Shown here: positions 1 through 7,595 of the stretch, piece by piece
Layout: each line of letters begins with the position of its first letter
How positions within the stretch are numbered: the stretch's first letter is position 1
Source: a virus
Taxonomy: Duplodnaviria > Heunggongvirae > Uroviricota > Caudoviricetes
IMG/VR virus record: IMGVR_UViG_2671180695_000008
Length of the DNA stretch: 13,072 nucleotides
Direction: 5' to 3' (one strand)
Position numbers and translations under genes: made by a program
The notes under the pieces: model-generated
Database searches by the model: none
Seen by the model: the letters and a program-made list of their open reading frames with translations, nothing else
What the model was told of the DNA's origin: nothing

Positions 1-1
1 A

Positions 2-157
2 TTAACCGGTAAACGGGTGGTGTCTGTCCAGAAAGATGGTCGCAGAATTGAATATACGGCGGCTTCTCTGGATGAGCTTAACCGGGCGATCAATGATGCG
101 GAGTCGGTACTGGGGACAACCCGCCGTCGCCGTCGTCCGCTGGGAGTGAGGTTATGA
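2..157 (+). CDS. Head completion protein (lambda gpW-like), C-terminal part; 5' end lies outside the window
   Basis: Frame-2 translation ...GKRVVSVQKDGRRIEYTAASLDELNRAINDAESVLGTTRRRRRPLGVRL* resembles the C-terminus of lambda gpW as recalled (GKRVATVQKDGRRVEFTA...RRRG). Its stop overlaps the portal ATG (ATGA), and it sits directly upstream of the portal as in lambda W-B. Confidence 0.6.
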   Translation, partial: LTGKRVVSVQKDGRRIEYTAASLDELNRAINDAESVLGTTRRRRRPLGVRL

Positions 158-1026
158 AACGAACGCCTGTCCTGATTGATGTGAACGGCGTTCCGCTTCG
201 TGAGAGTCTCAGCTACAACGGGGGCGGTGCAGGATTTGGCGGGCAAATGGCGGAGTGGTTGCCACCGGCGCAGAGTGCCGATGCAGCCCTGCTGCCTGCG
301 TTGCGTCTGGGGAATGCCCGGGCAGATGATCTGGTGCGCAATAACGGGATAGCGGCCAATGCGGTGGCCCTGCATAAGGATCATATTGTCGGGCATATGT
401 TTCTGATCAGCTACCGTCCGAACTGGCGCTGGCTGGGGATGCGGGAGACTGCGGCAAAAAGTTTTGTCGATGAGGTGGAGGCGGCCTGGTCGGAATACGC
501 CGAAGGGATGTTTGGCGAGATCGACGTGGAAGAGAAACGCACGTTTACGGAATTTATTCGTGAAGGTGTGGGCGTTCATGCGTTTAACGGCGAAATCTTT
601 GTGCAGCCGGTCTGGGATACGGAGAGCACGCAACTGTTTCGTACGCGTTTTAAAGCCGTGAGTCCGAAACGGGTGGACACGCCAGGACACGGTATGGGGA
701 ACCGTTTTCTGCGGGCCGGTGTGGAGGTCGATCGATATGGTCGTGCCGTTGCGTACCATATCTGTGAGGATGATTTTCCGTTCTCCGGGAGTGGACGATG
801 GGAACGGATCCCGCGTGAACTTCCCACCGGGCGTCCGGCCATGCTGCATATTTTCGAGCCGGTGGAGGACGGGCAGACCCGTGGGGCTAATCAGTTTTAC
901 AGCGTCATGGAACGGCTGAAGATGCTCGATTCCCTGCAGGCAACACAGCTTCAGTCGGCCATAGTGAAGGCGATTTATGTCTATCATCTCACCGTAGTTG
1001 CCCGCATCGTTCGCCAACTCCACTGA
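154..1026 (+). pseudogene. Portal protein (lambda gpB-like), N-terminal fragment interrupted by an inserted element
   Basis: Translation matches the lambda gpB N-terminal half by recall (GNARADDLVRNNG, FEPVEDGQTRGAN, MLD.LQ.TQLQSAIVKA). Similarity ends after ...SAIVKAIY (codons through 978), followed by 16 unrelated codons (VYHLTVVARIVRQLH) and a stop. The remainder of the portal resumes at 11871. Confidence 0.85.
967..979. other. Candidate attL core (AAGGCGATTTATG) inside the portal coding sequence
   Basis: The same 13-mer with one mismatch (AAGGCGATGTATG) recurs at 11865..11877. Both copies are in the same codon phase of the portal frame, encoding K-A-(I/M)-Y. Confidence 0.65.
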
Positions 1027-1103
1027 AACCCTTGCTGCGTCTGGAATGTCGTTTTCCATGCTTTTGATGACCGTTCATCACCCTTCCAGTTTTTCGCGGT
1101 TTT

Positions 1104-1156
1104 GTGTATTGCAATGTGTATTGCAAATTGGCGATCGGGATGGGTGTGTATTGCAA
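1104..1156. repeat. Three direct copies of GTGTATTGCAA just upstream of int; candidate integrase arm-type binding sites
   Basis: Copies at 1104..1114, 1116..1126 and 1146..1156. Related copies lie at the opposite end of the element (11770..11790). Confidence 0.55.
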
Positions 1157-1174
1157 ATCTCTTGAGGGCTTTTA

Positions 1175-2416
1175 ATGGCTATTGAAAACAAACTCAGTGA
1201 CAAACTGTTAAAGAGTCTTGTCGGAAAACGGCAGGACAAACAAAAAACAATAGCGGATGGGCGCGGGTTGTCTGTGCGTGTAAGCATGGTTGGGGGGATC
1301 AGCTTTGTTTTTTACTATCGTCTTGGTGGCAGGGAATCCCCTCCGGTATGGCTTACACTTGGTCGCTATCCTGACATGTCTCTTGCAACGGCCAGGCGCA
1401 TGCGTGATCAGTGCCGTGAATGGCTGGCTGAAAATCTGGACCCCCGCAGGCAAATAAAACTTGCTGCCGAAAAAACTATGCAACCAGTGACCGTAAGGGA
1501 TGCGCTGTTTTACTGGTACGACAATCACGCCACAACAGCCAGAAAAGAGCATGAATATTTAATAAAACGATTTGAAAAGCATATCTTCCCCTATATCGGT
1601 GATATGGCTATAGAACAGTGCAAATTACACACATGGCTTACCGTCTTTGACAGGATCAAAAAAAATGCGCCTGTTATGTCTGGTGCAATTTTTCTTGATA
1701 TCAAACAGGCGTTGCGTTTTTGTCGCGTCAGGCAATACATCGCGTGCGATCCCTTTGGAGATATTAACGTAAGTTATGTCGGGCGCTCATCCGGTATAAG
1801 GGATCGCGTTCTTAATATCAATGAAACCGCTGATGTATGGTCTTATGCTTACGGTAATAATTTGCTAACTCTGTCATCAATATATAACCGAAGAATAATG
1901 GTTATCTGCCTGGTGTTTGGTTGCCGACAGCAGGAGGCGAGGCTATCCACCTGGGACGAATGGGATTTAAAAAACTGGGTATGGACAGTCCCAAAAGAGC
2001 ACAGCAAAAACAAGGAGGCTATAGTAAGGCCTGTTCCTGACGGAATAAAACAATGGATCGTTAATCTTTACGCAGAAACAAAAAATCGCGGTTATGTTGT
2101 CGGTTGTGCTTTGCAAAGGGCGACAATAACAGGGGCTGCAAACAGAATATGCAGGCGTCTTGGTCATGATACTAATGGCTTGTGGTGCATACATGATTTC
2201 AGGCGCACATTTTCCACTACGCTTAATGATATGGGGGCGGATCCTTATATTGTCGAACTTCTTTTAGGTCATAAAGTGAAAGGGGTTGCTGGTGTTTACA
2301 ATAAAAGCAGGCATATAAAGAAAAAACTTGAGGTGCTTAATATGTGGGTTAATTACCTTAATACGATAGCAGGATTTAACAACAACGTTATCGAGCTTAA
2401 TAAAGAGGTGGTGTGA
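1175..2416 (+). CDS. int: Tyrosine recombinase / integrase (P4-type)
   Basis: 413 aa ORF. N-terminal arm-binding-like region and a C-terminal catalytic region with HDFRRTF...LLGHK...GVAGVY motifs typical of phage integrases. First gene inside the insertion, next to the junction and arm-type repeats. Confidence 0.9.
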   Translation: MAIENKLSDKLLKSLVGKRQDKQKTIADGRGLSVRVSMVGGISFVFYYRLGGRESPPVWLTLGRYPDMSLATARRMRDQCREWLAENLDPRRQIKLAAEKTMQPVTVRDALFYWYDNHATTARKEHEYLIKRFEKHIFPYIGDMAIEQCKLHTWLTVFDRIKKNAPVMSGAIFLDIKQALRFCRVRQYIACDPFGDINVSYVGRSSGIRDRVLNINETADVWSYAYGNNLLTLSSIYNRRIMVICLVFGCRQQEARLSTWDEWDLKNWVWTVPKEHSKNKEAIVRPVPDGIKQWIVNLYAETKNRGYVVGCALQRATITGAANRICRRLGHDTNGLWCIHDFRRTFSTTLNDMGADPYIVELLLGHKVKGVAGVYNKSRHIKKKLEVLNMWVNYLNTIAGFNNNVIELNKEVV

Positions 2417-2417
2417 T

Positions 2418-2675
2418 ATGGCAATTTATTCTCTTGTTGATGAAAACGATTTGCGCACAATGAAGGACATTGATCGGTTCATTCGTGAAAAAGAGTGCAT
2501 AGCACTTACCACGCTGGCAAACTCAACACGCTGGAAAATGGAGCAGGCAGGTAAATTCCCGCGACGTATCAAGATCGGTGAACGTGCTGCAGGGTATCGA
2601 CTTTCAGAGGTTCAGGCATGGATCCGTGGTGAGTGGCATCCTGGATGGAAACCTGGAAAAACAAAACAGCAATAA
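2418..2675 (+). CDS. alpA: AlpA-family HTH regulator / excisionase-like protein
   Basis: 85 aa; motif ...ALTTLANSTRWKMEQAGKFPRRIKIGERAAGYRLSEVQAWI matches the AlpA (Phage_AlpA) fold pattern. Its start overlaps the int stop, and a strong SD (AGAGGTGG) precedes it. Confidence 0.85.
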   Translation: MAIYSLVDENDLRTMKDIDRFIREKECIALTTLANSTRWKMEQAGKFPRRIKIGERAAGYRLSEVQAWIRGEWHPGWKPGKTKQQ

Positions 2676-2688
2676 CCAGTAAATAATG

Positions 2689-2711
2689 CCCCTCATCACG
2701 AGGGGTTTTTT
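2689..2711 (+). terminator. Rho-independent terminator after alpA
   Basis: Stem CCCCTC (2689..2694) pairs with GAGGGG (2700..2705) around loop ATCAC, followed by TTTTTT (2706..2711). Confidence 0.8.
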
Positions 2712-2731
2712 GTCTATAAGGTAAAAACGCG

Positions 2732-3310
2732 ATGAATAAAAATATTGCTGTGACGGGCAAGGGGTACGCTCGTCCAGTGAAAAAATTCTGCGATATTCGT
2801 GATCTCGTCGTTCTGCGCTTTGATAGTGTGAACGTTCGTGTGGTGTATCTGAACGGCGATCCGTGGTTTGTTGCAAAAGATGTTTGTGCTGCGCTGGAAC
2901 TAACCAATTCGCGTACGGCGTTGCAGATGCTTGATGATGATGAAAAGGGAGTAAATTTAACTTACACCCCAGGAGGAAATCAGAATATGAGAATTATCTC
3001 TGAGTCAGGTTTCTACAAACTAATAGCCCGCAGCCGCAAAGCAACGACGCCTGGCACATTTGCTCATCGTTTCAGTAACTGGGTATTCAGAAATGTGATA
3101 CCAGGTATCAGAAAAACGGGGACTTATGGTATCCCGTGGGGTGCATTACAGGATTTTTCCCGCCGTAAAGAGCAATATCAAATAAGTGCCAGCGAGAAGG
3201 GGAGGGAGCTACAGGCATGTAAGCGCAAAAAGCGTGAGCTGGAGGAAGAAGAAAAAACGCTGATACGTGAATATCAGCCTGAGTTTTACTTTGGTAACCG
3301 CATTCAGTGA
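2732..3310 (+). CDS. Bro-N domain protein (phage antirepressor-like)
   Basis: 192 aa; the segment VRVVYLNGDPWFVAKDVCAALELTNSRTALQMLDDDEKG...ISESGFYKLIARSRKATTPGTFAHRFSNWV has the Bro-N / AntA N-terminal pattern (D/E-PWFVAKDV...L.....A). The C-terminal part is charged and probably coiled. Confidence 0.7.
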   Translation: MNKNIAVTGKGYARPVKKFCDIRDLVVLRFDSVNVRVVYLNGDPWFVAKDVCAALELTNSRTALQMLDDDEKGVNLTYTPGGNQNMRIISESGFYKLIARSRKATTPGTFAHRFSNWVFRNVIPGIRKTGTYGIPWGALQDFSRRKEQYQISASEKGRELQACKRKKRELEEEEKTLIREYQPEFYFGNRIQ

Positions 3311-3340
3311 CAAAACAAAGGCGACCGCAAAAGGGTCGCC
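3311..3340 (-). terminator. Hairpin acting mainly as a minus-strand intrinsic terminator, between the convergent Bro and minus-strand genes
   Basis: Stem GGCGACC (3320..3326) pairs with GGTCGCC (3334..3340) around loop GCAAAAG. On the minus strand it is followed by TTTGTTTTGT (plus 3311..3319). No U-run follows on the plus strand. Confidence 0.6.
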
Positions 3341-3406
3341 AGTGGGAACAAGGGAAAACAAAAGCATCACCAACAATGCCACATTTGCGGCTGGTGGGCA
3401 ATGTGA

Positions 3407-3586
3407 TCAGTCAGATTTGGTTCGTTCCAAGGTTTGCAACGAGAGCTTTTTCCTGTGCTCTTTAAGGAATTTCTCAAGAGCAAACGAACAAGGTGCGAAT
3501 CTTTCTGATTCATGTTCATGCGCTATATTTTTGCGTCGTCTCTTACGAGTTGGTGATGGTGTTTTGGTTGATTCTGTGTCGCTCAT
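3407..3586 (-). CDS. Small basic hypothetical protein (59 aa), absent from the supplied ORF track
   Basis: Translated by hand from the minus strand: MSDTESTKTPSPTRKRRRKNIAHEHESERFAPCSFALEKFLKEHRKKLSLQTLERTKSD*. An AGGA lies 8 nt upstream of the ATG; it follows the 3644..3949 gene and precedes the minus-strand terminator. Confidence 0.45.
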   Translation of the reverse strand: MSDTESTKTPSPTRKRRRKNIAHEHESERFAPCSFALEKFLKEHRKKLSLQTLERTKSD

Positions 3587-3643
3587 GGTGCTGTCCTGTA
3601 AAGCAATGCGCCTGCGTTCCTCAAACTATGGCGCTGATATTGG

Positions 3644-3949
3644 CTATTCATGCTCTTTGACCTTGCGTCGCTGGAGTTCTTCACGCGCGACGGTGACGAG
3701 TTGCCCGATCTCCTCGGCTGCTTTGATGCCGATTTGTTCGACCTTAGCCAGGGCATCCAGTGACGACACAAGGGGATTTTCTCCGCTGCCTTCTGCTTGG
3801 CGGCGGGCTATTTCTCCGCGCATGGCGGTTACGATAAATCCGGCATTGCTTTCACCGTCCAGCTTAACGGATTCCATCCCTTGCATAACATCTAGTGGGA
3901 CTCTGACAGTTGTCAGTTGTGATTTTGCGTTTTTGTTAGCCGTTGCCAT
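3644..3949 (-). CDS. Hypothetical small regulator (possible DNA-binding protein), divergent from the rightward operon
   Basis: 101 aa with a strong SD (TAGGAGTTTCAGAA-ATG on the minus strand). It is transcribed divergently from a palindromic operator region. No family is recognised with confidence; a ribbon-helix-helix-like N-terminus is possible but unverified. Confidence 0.55.
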   Translation of the reverse strand: MATANKNAKSQLTTVRVPLDVMQGMESVKLDGESNAGFIVTAMRGEIARRQAEGSGENPLVSSLDALAKVEQIGIKAAEEIGQLVTVAREELQRRKVKEHE

Positions 3950-3970
3950 TTCTGAAACTCCTAATCATCG

Positions 3971-4048
3971 GTGTGTTTCAGTATACACAAAAAAAGAAAT
4001 ACAAAAAGCCTTGACGTGTGTTTCATGCGCTCATAACATGAAACACAC
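3971..4048. promoter_or_regulatory. Divergent control region with a 12-bp perfect inverted repeat, a third half-site and a candidate rightward promoter
   Basis: GTGTGTTTCATG (4016..4027) and its reverse complement CATGAAACACAC (4037..4048) are separated by 9 bp. A further GTGTGTTTCA half-site lies at 3971..3980. TTGACG (4011..4016), a 17-bp spacer and TAACAT (4034..4039) overlap the palindrome. Confidence 0.55.
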
Positions 4049-4139
4049 CGAAAGGATTGTTGAAATACAAAGAGCAACGCCCCGCAGTGCTGGGAACACA
4101 TACGGGGCGTCTAACCAACAACGTAAACTAGGAGCCGTT

Positions 4140-4337
4140 ATGGTTGCTGTAAATCATATACCACACCTTGTACACACACAAACGGCCTTTGTGTGGCGTT
4201 TTCTGGCACTGAGTGCCGGAGAATCTCAAATCATCCACGTAACCGCCTGGACGGAACGCGAAGCGCGTAGCCGTTGCCCGTCCGGTTGTGTTGCTGTATT
4301 CGCTGCAAAAATCCGCCAGGGAGTGAGTCATGCTTAA
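4140..4337 (+). CDS. Hypothetical small protein (65 aa), possible first gene of the rightward operon
   Basis: ATG preceded by AGGAG at the correct spacing. It shares a frame with a long, compositionally odd ORF (3267..4337) that is otherwise rejected, so coding status is uncertain. Confidence 0.35.
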   Translation: MVAVNHIPHLVHTQTAFVWRFLALSAGESQIIHVTAWTEREARSRCPSGCVAVFAAKIRQGVSHA

Positions 4338-4515
4338 AACCTTCCGTGTATTTGCCCGAGCTGTTAACCCAATAGGCCACACAATTGGTATCGCTCAGAA
4401 TGTGAAGGCTGTTAATGTTCAGACGGCTATTGCTGCGGTGAGAAGCGAATCATCAGAATATGGCTTATCACAAGTCATTATTTCAGCAGTGTATGAATTA
4501 AAAGAGGTGCATTAA
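4330..4515 (+). CDS. Hypothetical protein (61 aa)
   Basis: SD GGAGTGAG upstream. Its stop overlaps the next start (TAATG), suggesting translational coupling. Confidence 0.5.
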   Translation: MLKTFRVFARAVNPIGHTIGIAQNVKAVNVQTAIAAVRSESSEYGLSQVIISAVYELKEVH

Positions 4516-4706
4516 TGCAGGAAATTACATTACACGAAGCCGCTGAACGTGCGCACCAGACAGAAATTATTTGCCGCCTTCTTGAGGTATACCCGAACAA
4601 AATTACAGATGCTGATATATCCGCACTGGCGAGCCTACTGGCGCGTCTTTCGGGAAGTGTCGCTAGTTTTTTGATTGAGGAAGAAAGTAAGCTGGTGGGG
4701 GATTAA
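4515..4706 (+). CDS. Hypothetical protein (63 aa)
   Basis: SD AAGAGG upstream; start is coupled to the preceding stop. Confidence 0.5.
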   Translation: MQEITLHEAAERAHQTEIICRLLEVYPNKITDADISALASLLARLSGSVASFLIEEESKLVGD

Positions 4707-4928
4707 ATGAATACAGAACGGGAAGTCTTTTTTAAATTGTTAGCATGTGCAGAAAGTTCATTAACTTTAAATAATTCAGCAAAAGCAATATTAAATATGT
4801 GGCTTGATTGCATAAATGACAATGAAGATGCAAATATTGCTTATGGCCTGTTGTCACTTATTGATGAATCAGCAGAAAAACTCAATGACGCAATAAATAG
4901 TGCCCTGCTATCAAATAAGTCGAGTTAA
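4707..4928 (+). CDS. Hypothetical protein (73 aa), visibly more AT-rich than its neighbours
   Basis: Starts immediately after the previous stop. Its base composition differs from flanking genes, suggesting a separately acquired cargo gene. Confidence 0.5.
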   Translation: MNTEREVFFKLLACAESSLTLNNSAKAILNMWLDCINDNEDANIAYGLLSLIDESAEKLNDAINSALLSNKSS

Positions 4929-4945
4929 GTCGAGGAATAAATAAT

Positions 4946-5245
4946 ATGGAAATGAAAAATTCTGGCTTTATTGCCAGCGGCCCCGCTCGACCTGAATTTA
5001 TGAACGGCGATATTTACCGCGATAAATACGGCGGCACGGTAACGATTAAAGGCGTGGCAGAACGGCGCATCACTTACCGCCGTGAGGGGTATAGCTATGA
5101 CTGCGTGATGCCTGTTTATCAGTTCCGGCGTGATTTTTCCCTGGTATATGCCGCACCCCGCAGTAAGCCCATCAGCAGGGAAAAAGCGTGGGGAAATATC
5201 CAGAAAATGAAAACCATGATTAACGGATTCAGAGGTAAAAAATGA
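4946..5245 (+). CDS. Hypothetical protein (99 aa)
   Basis: SD GAGGA upstream. Its stop overlaps the primase-helicase start (ATGA), placing it in the replication operon. Confidence 0.55.
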   Translation: MEMKNSGFIASGPARPEFMNGDIYRDKYGGTVTIKGVAERRITYRREGYSYDCVMPVYQFRRDFSLVYAAPRSKPISREKAWGNIQKMKTMINGFRGKK

Positions 5246-6996
5246 AACTGGCACCGAACGTAAAACAGCAGTCACGCGGCATAAAACACAAAGGAACAGA
5301 AGTCATTATTTTTGCGGGTAGTGATGCCTGGGCACACGCGAAACAATGGCAGGAACATGATGCGCGTATGGCCGGAGATAATGAGCCTCCTGTGTGGCTT
5401 GGGGAGCAGCAGCTATCCGAACTGGATAATCTGCAAATTGTGCCGGAAGGCCGAAAATCAGCACGCATATACAGGGCCGGATATCTTGCGCCTGTAATGA
5501 TAAAGGCGATTGGTCAGAAGCTGGCGGCAGCAGGCGTACAGGATGCAAATTTTTATCCTGAGGGTATGCACGGCCAGGAGGTGCAGAACTGGCGCGAATA
5601 TCTGGCCCGTGAACGCCAGAATCTTTCTGATGGTCTGGTCATTGAGCTTCCGGTAAAGCAAAAGGCGCAACTTTCGCAGATGGCGGACAGTGAGCGCGCG
5701 CAGTTGCTTGCCGATCGCTTTGATGGCGTTTGCGTACATCCTGAAAGTGAAATCGTTCACGTATGGCGCGGCGGGGTATGGTGTCCGGTCAGCACAATGG
5801 AACTTAGCCGCGAAATGGTGGCGATCTATTCAGAGCACAGGGCCACTTTCAGCAAGCGCGTAATCAATAACGCCGTGGAAGCGTTAAAAGTTATTGCCGA
5901 ACCAATGGGCGAGCCGTCTGGCGATTTGCTGCCGTTCGCCAATGGTGCGCTTGACCTGAAAACGGGGGAATTTTCCCCGCACACGCCGGAGAACTGGATC
6001 ACCACGCACAACGGCATTGAGTACACGCCACCAGCACCAGGGGAGAACATCCGCGATAACGCGCCAAACTTTCATAAATGGCTTGAGCACGCAGCCGGAA
6101 AAGACCCGCGCAAGATGATGCGTATATGTGCCGCGCTGTACATGATTATGGCGAACCGGTACGACTGGCAGATGTTTATTGAGGCCACCGGAGACGGCGG
6201 GAGCGGTAAAAGTACATTCACACACATAGCCAGCCTTCTGGCAGGGAAACAGAACACGGTAAGCGCTGAAATGACATCGCTTGATGATGCTGGTGGACGT
6301 GCGCAGGTTGTCGGGAGTCGTCTTATCGTCCTGGCTGACCAGCCGAAATATACAGGCGAAGGAACGGGCATCAAGAAAATCACAGGCGGCGACCCCGTGG
6401 AAATTAACCCGAAATATGAAAAGCGTTTCACGGCGGTAATCAGGGCGGTGGTGCTGGCGACCAACAACAACCCGATGATATTCACCGAACGGGCCGGAGG
6501 TGTGGCACGTCGTCGCGTGATTTTCCGTTTCGACAATATCGTCAGTGAGGCCGAAAAAGACAGGGAGCTACCGGAAAAGATTGCGGCTGAAATCCCCGTT
6601 ATTATCCGCCGATTGCTGGCGAACTTTACCGACCCTGAGAAGGCACGGGCTTTACTACTGGAACAGCGTGACGGTGATGAAGCACTGGCAATAAAGCAAC
6701 AGACGGATCCGGTTATTGAGTTTTGCCAGTTCCTGAATTTTCTGGAGGAAGCGCGCGGCCTGATGATGGGTGGCGGTGGTGATTCAGTGAAGTACACGAC
6801 CAGGAACAGCCTTTACCGCGTCTATCTGGCGTTTATGGCATACGCGGGCAGGAGCAAACCGCTAAACGTGGCTGAGTTCAGCAAGGCCATGAAGCCAGCG
6901 GCGAAAGTTTACGGGCATGAATATATTACGCGAAAAGTTAAGGGAGTAACGCAGACCAACGCAATTACAACAGACGATTGCGACGCGTTTTTATAA
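5242..6996 (+). CDS. Replication protein: P4-alpha / D5-type primase-helicase (SF3 P-loop NTPase)
   Basis: 584 aa. Walker A motif ATGDGGSGKST, a D5_N-like segment LPFANGALDLKTGEF and a following NTPase core resemble the C-terminal helicase region of P4-family primases. The N-terminal ~150 aa are not confidently assigned. An iteron array follows immediately. Confidence 0.85.
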   Translation: MKLAPNVKQQSRGIKHKGTEVIIFAGSDAWAHAKQWQEHDARMAGDNEPPVWLGEQQLSELDNLQIVPEGRKSARIYRAGYLAPVMIKAIGQKLAAAGVQDANFYPEGMHGQEVQNWREYLARERQNLSDGLVIELPVKQKAQLSQMADSERAQLLADRFDGVCVHPESEIVHVWRGGVWCPVSTMELSREMVAIYSEHRATFSKRVINNAVEALKVIAEPMGEPSGDLLPFANGALDLKTGEFSPHTPENWITTHNGIEYTPPAPGENIRDNAPNFHKWLEHAAGKDPRKMMRICAALYMIMANRYDWQMFIEATGDGGSGKSTFTHIASLLAGKQNTVSAEMTSLDDAGGRAQVVGSRLIVLADQPKYTGEGTGIKKITGGDPVEINPKYEKRFTAVIRAVVLATNNNPMIFTERAGGVARRRVIFRFDNIVSEAEKDRELPEKIAAEIPVIIRRLLANFTDPEKARALLLEQRDGDEALAIKQQTDPVIEFCQFLNFLEEARGLMMGGGGDSVKYTTRNSLYRVYLAFMAYAGRSKPLNVAEFSKAMKPAAKVYGHEYITRKVKGVTQTNAITTDDCDAFL

Positions 6997-7010
6997 TTTT
7001 TTGTAAAAGC

Positions 7011-7232
7011 CATCTACCCCATCTACCTGAACAAAATAAACGCATATTATTCAACATGATAAGTGGGTATAGGGCTAGGTAGAAGGCTAATAAAAGCTCT
7101 CTACCTCTTCTACCTGATTTTATCAGTTTCAGGTAGCAGGGTAGACGGCAGGTAGAGGAGTCAAAAAGCTATCTACCCGCTGAAAGCCGCGCCATTACTG
7201 ACATGATGAGCATTCGGGTAGATGGGTAGAGG
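7011..7232. repeat. Iteron array; candidate replication origin
   Basis: About 11 copies of the core TCTACC / GGTAGA in both orientations within ~220 bp (for example CATCTACCCCATCTACC, CTCTACCTCTTCTACC, GGTAGCAGGGTAGACGGCAGGTAGAGG, GGTAGATGGGTAGAGG). It lies directly downstream of the primase-helicase gene in an otherwise non-coding stretch. Confidence 0.7.
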
Positions 7233-7280
7233 GGGGGAGGCACAACTAAAAACTTTTTAAACGAGGGGGGGTGAAAATAA

Positions 7281-7595
7281 ATGCGCATACATAAAAATCA
7301 CTTAACAAACATGCCAGCCGAAAACATGAATCAGGGGCGACAAATGACCAAAATTCGCAGAGACAGAACACAGGCAAAATATAAAGCGTTAGACATGACA
7401 GAGCTTTCCTTAAAGGTGGCAATCAAAGCGATAGACCACCACACACGGGCAGGATACGCGAAGGAACATCCCGACCTGATAAGCGCATTCATGACCACAG
7501 CAGCGGCAAACTTTGCCACGCTGACAGAACGGGAGATTGCCGAAGCGGAACAGGTGACAACCATCAATGTTAAAACCGGAGAGCAGACAGCATGA
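7281..7595 (+). CDS. Hypothetical protein (104 aa)
   Basis: G-rich SD (GAGGGGGGG) upstream. Its stop overlaps the next start (ATGA). The start codon is uncertain because internal Met codons exist. Confidence 0.5.
   Translation: MRIHKNHLTNMPAENMNQGRQMTKIRRDRTQAKYKALDMTELSLKVAIKAIDHHTRAGYAKEHPDLISAFMTTAAANFATLTEREIAEAEQVTTINVKTGEQTA

Noticed and set aside
464-919. Short overlapping ORFs (464..661 +, 576..842 -, 719..919 +) inside the portal N fragment
   Set aside because: They are alternative frames of a region whose main frame matches the portal protein.
960-1180. tRNA or tmRNA gene as integration target at the left junction
   Set aside because: No tRNA-like cloverleaf or conserved T-loop was seen at either junction; the junctions instead lie in portal coding sequence.
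3267-4337. 356-aa plus-strand ORF spanning the Bro/regulator intergenic region
   Set aside because: Ser/Cys/Arg-rich composition, no recognisable domains, and it runs antisense to two minus-strand ORFs with good SD sequences and straight through the promoter/operator region. Only its last 65 codons (4140..4337, which have their own AGGAG SD) were kept, as a low-confidence CDS.
6072-6797. 241-aa minus-strand ORF inside the primase-helicase gene
   Set aside because: Antisense to a confidently assigned gene with a Walker A motif; the Ser/Arg/Ala-rich translation is typical of a GC-rich antisense frame.
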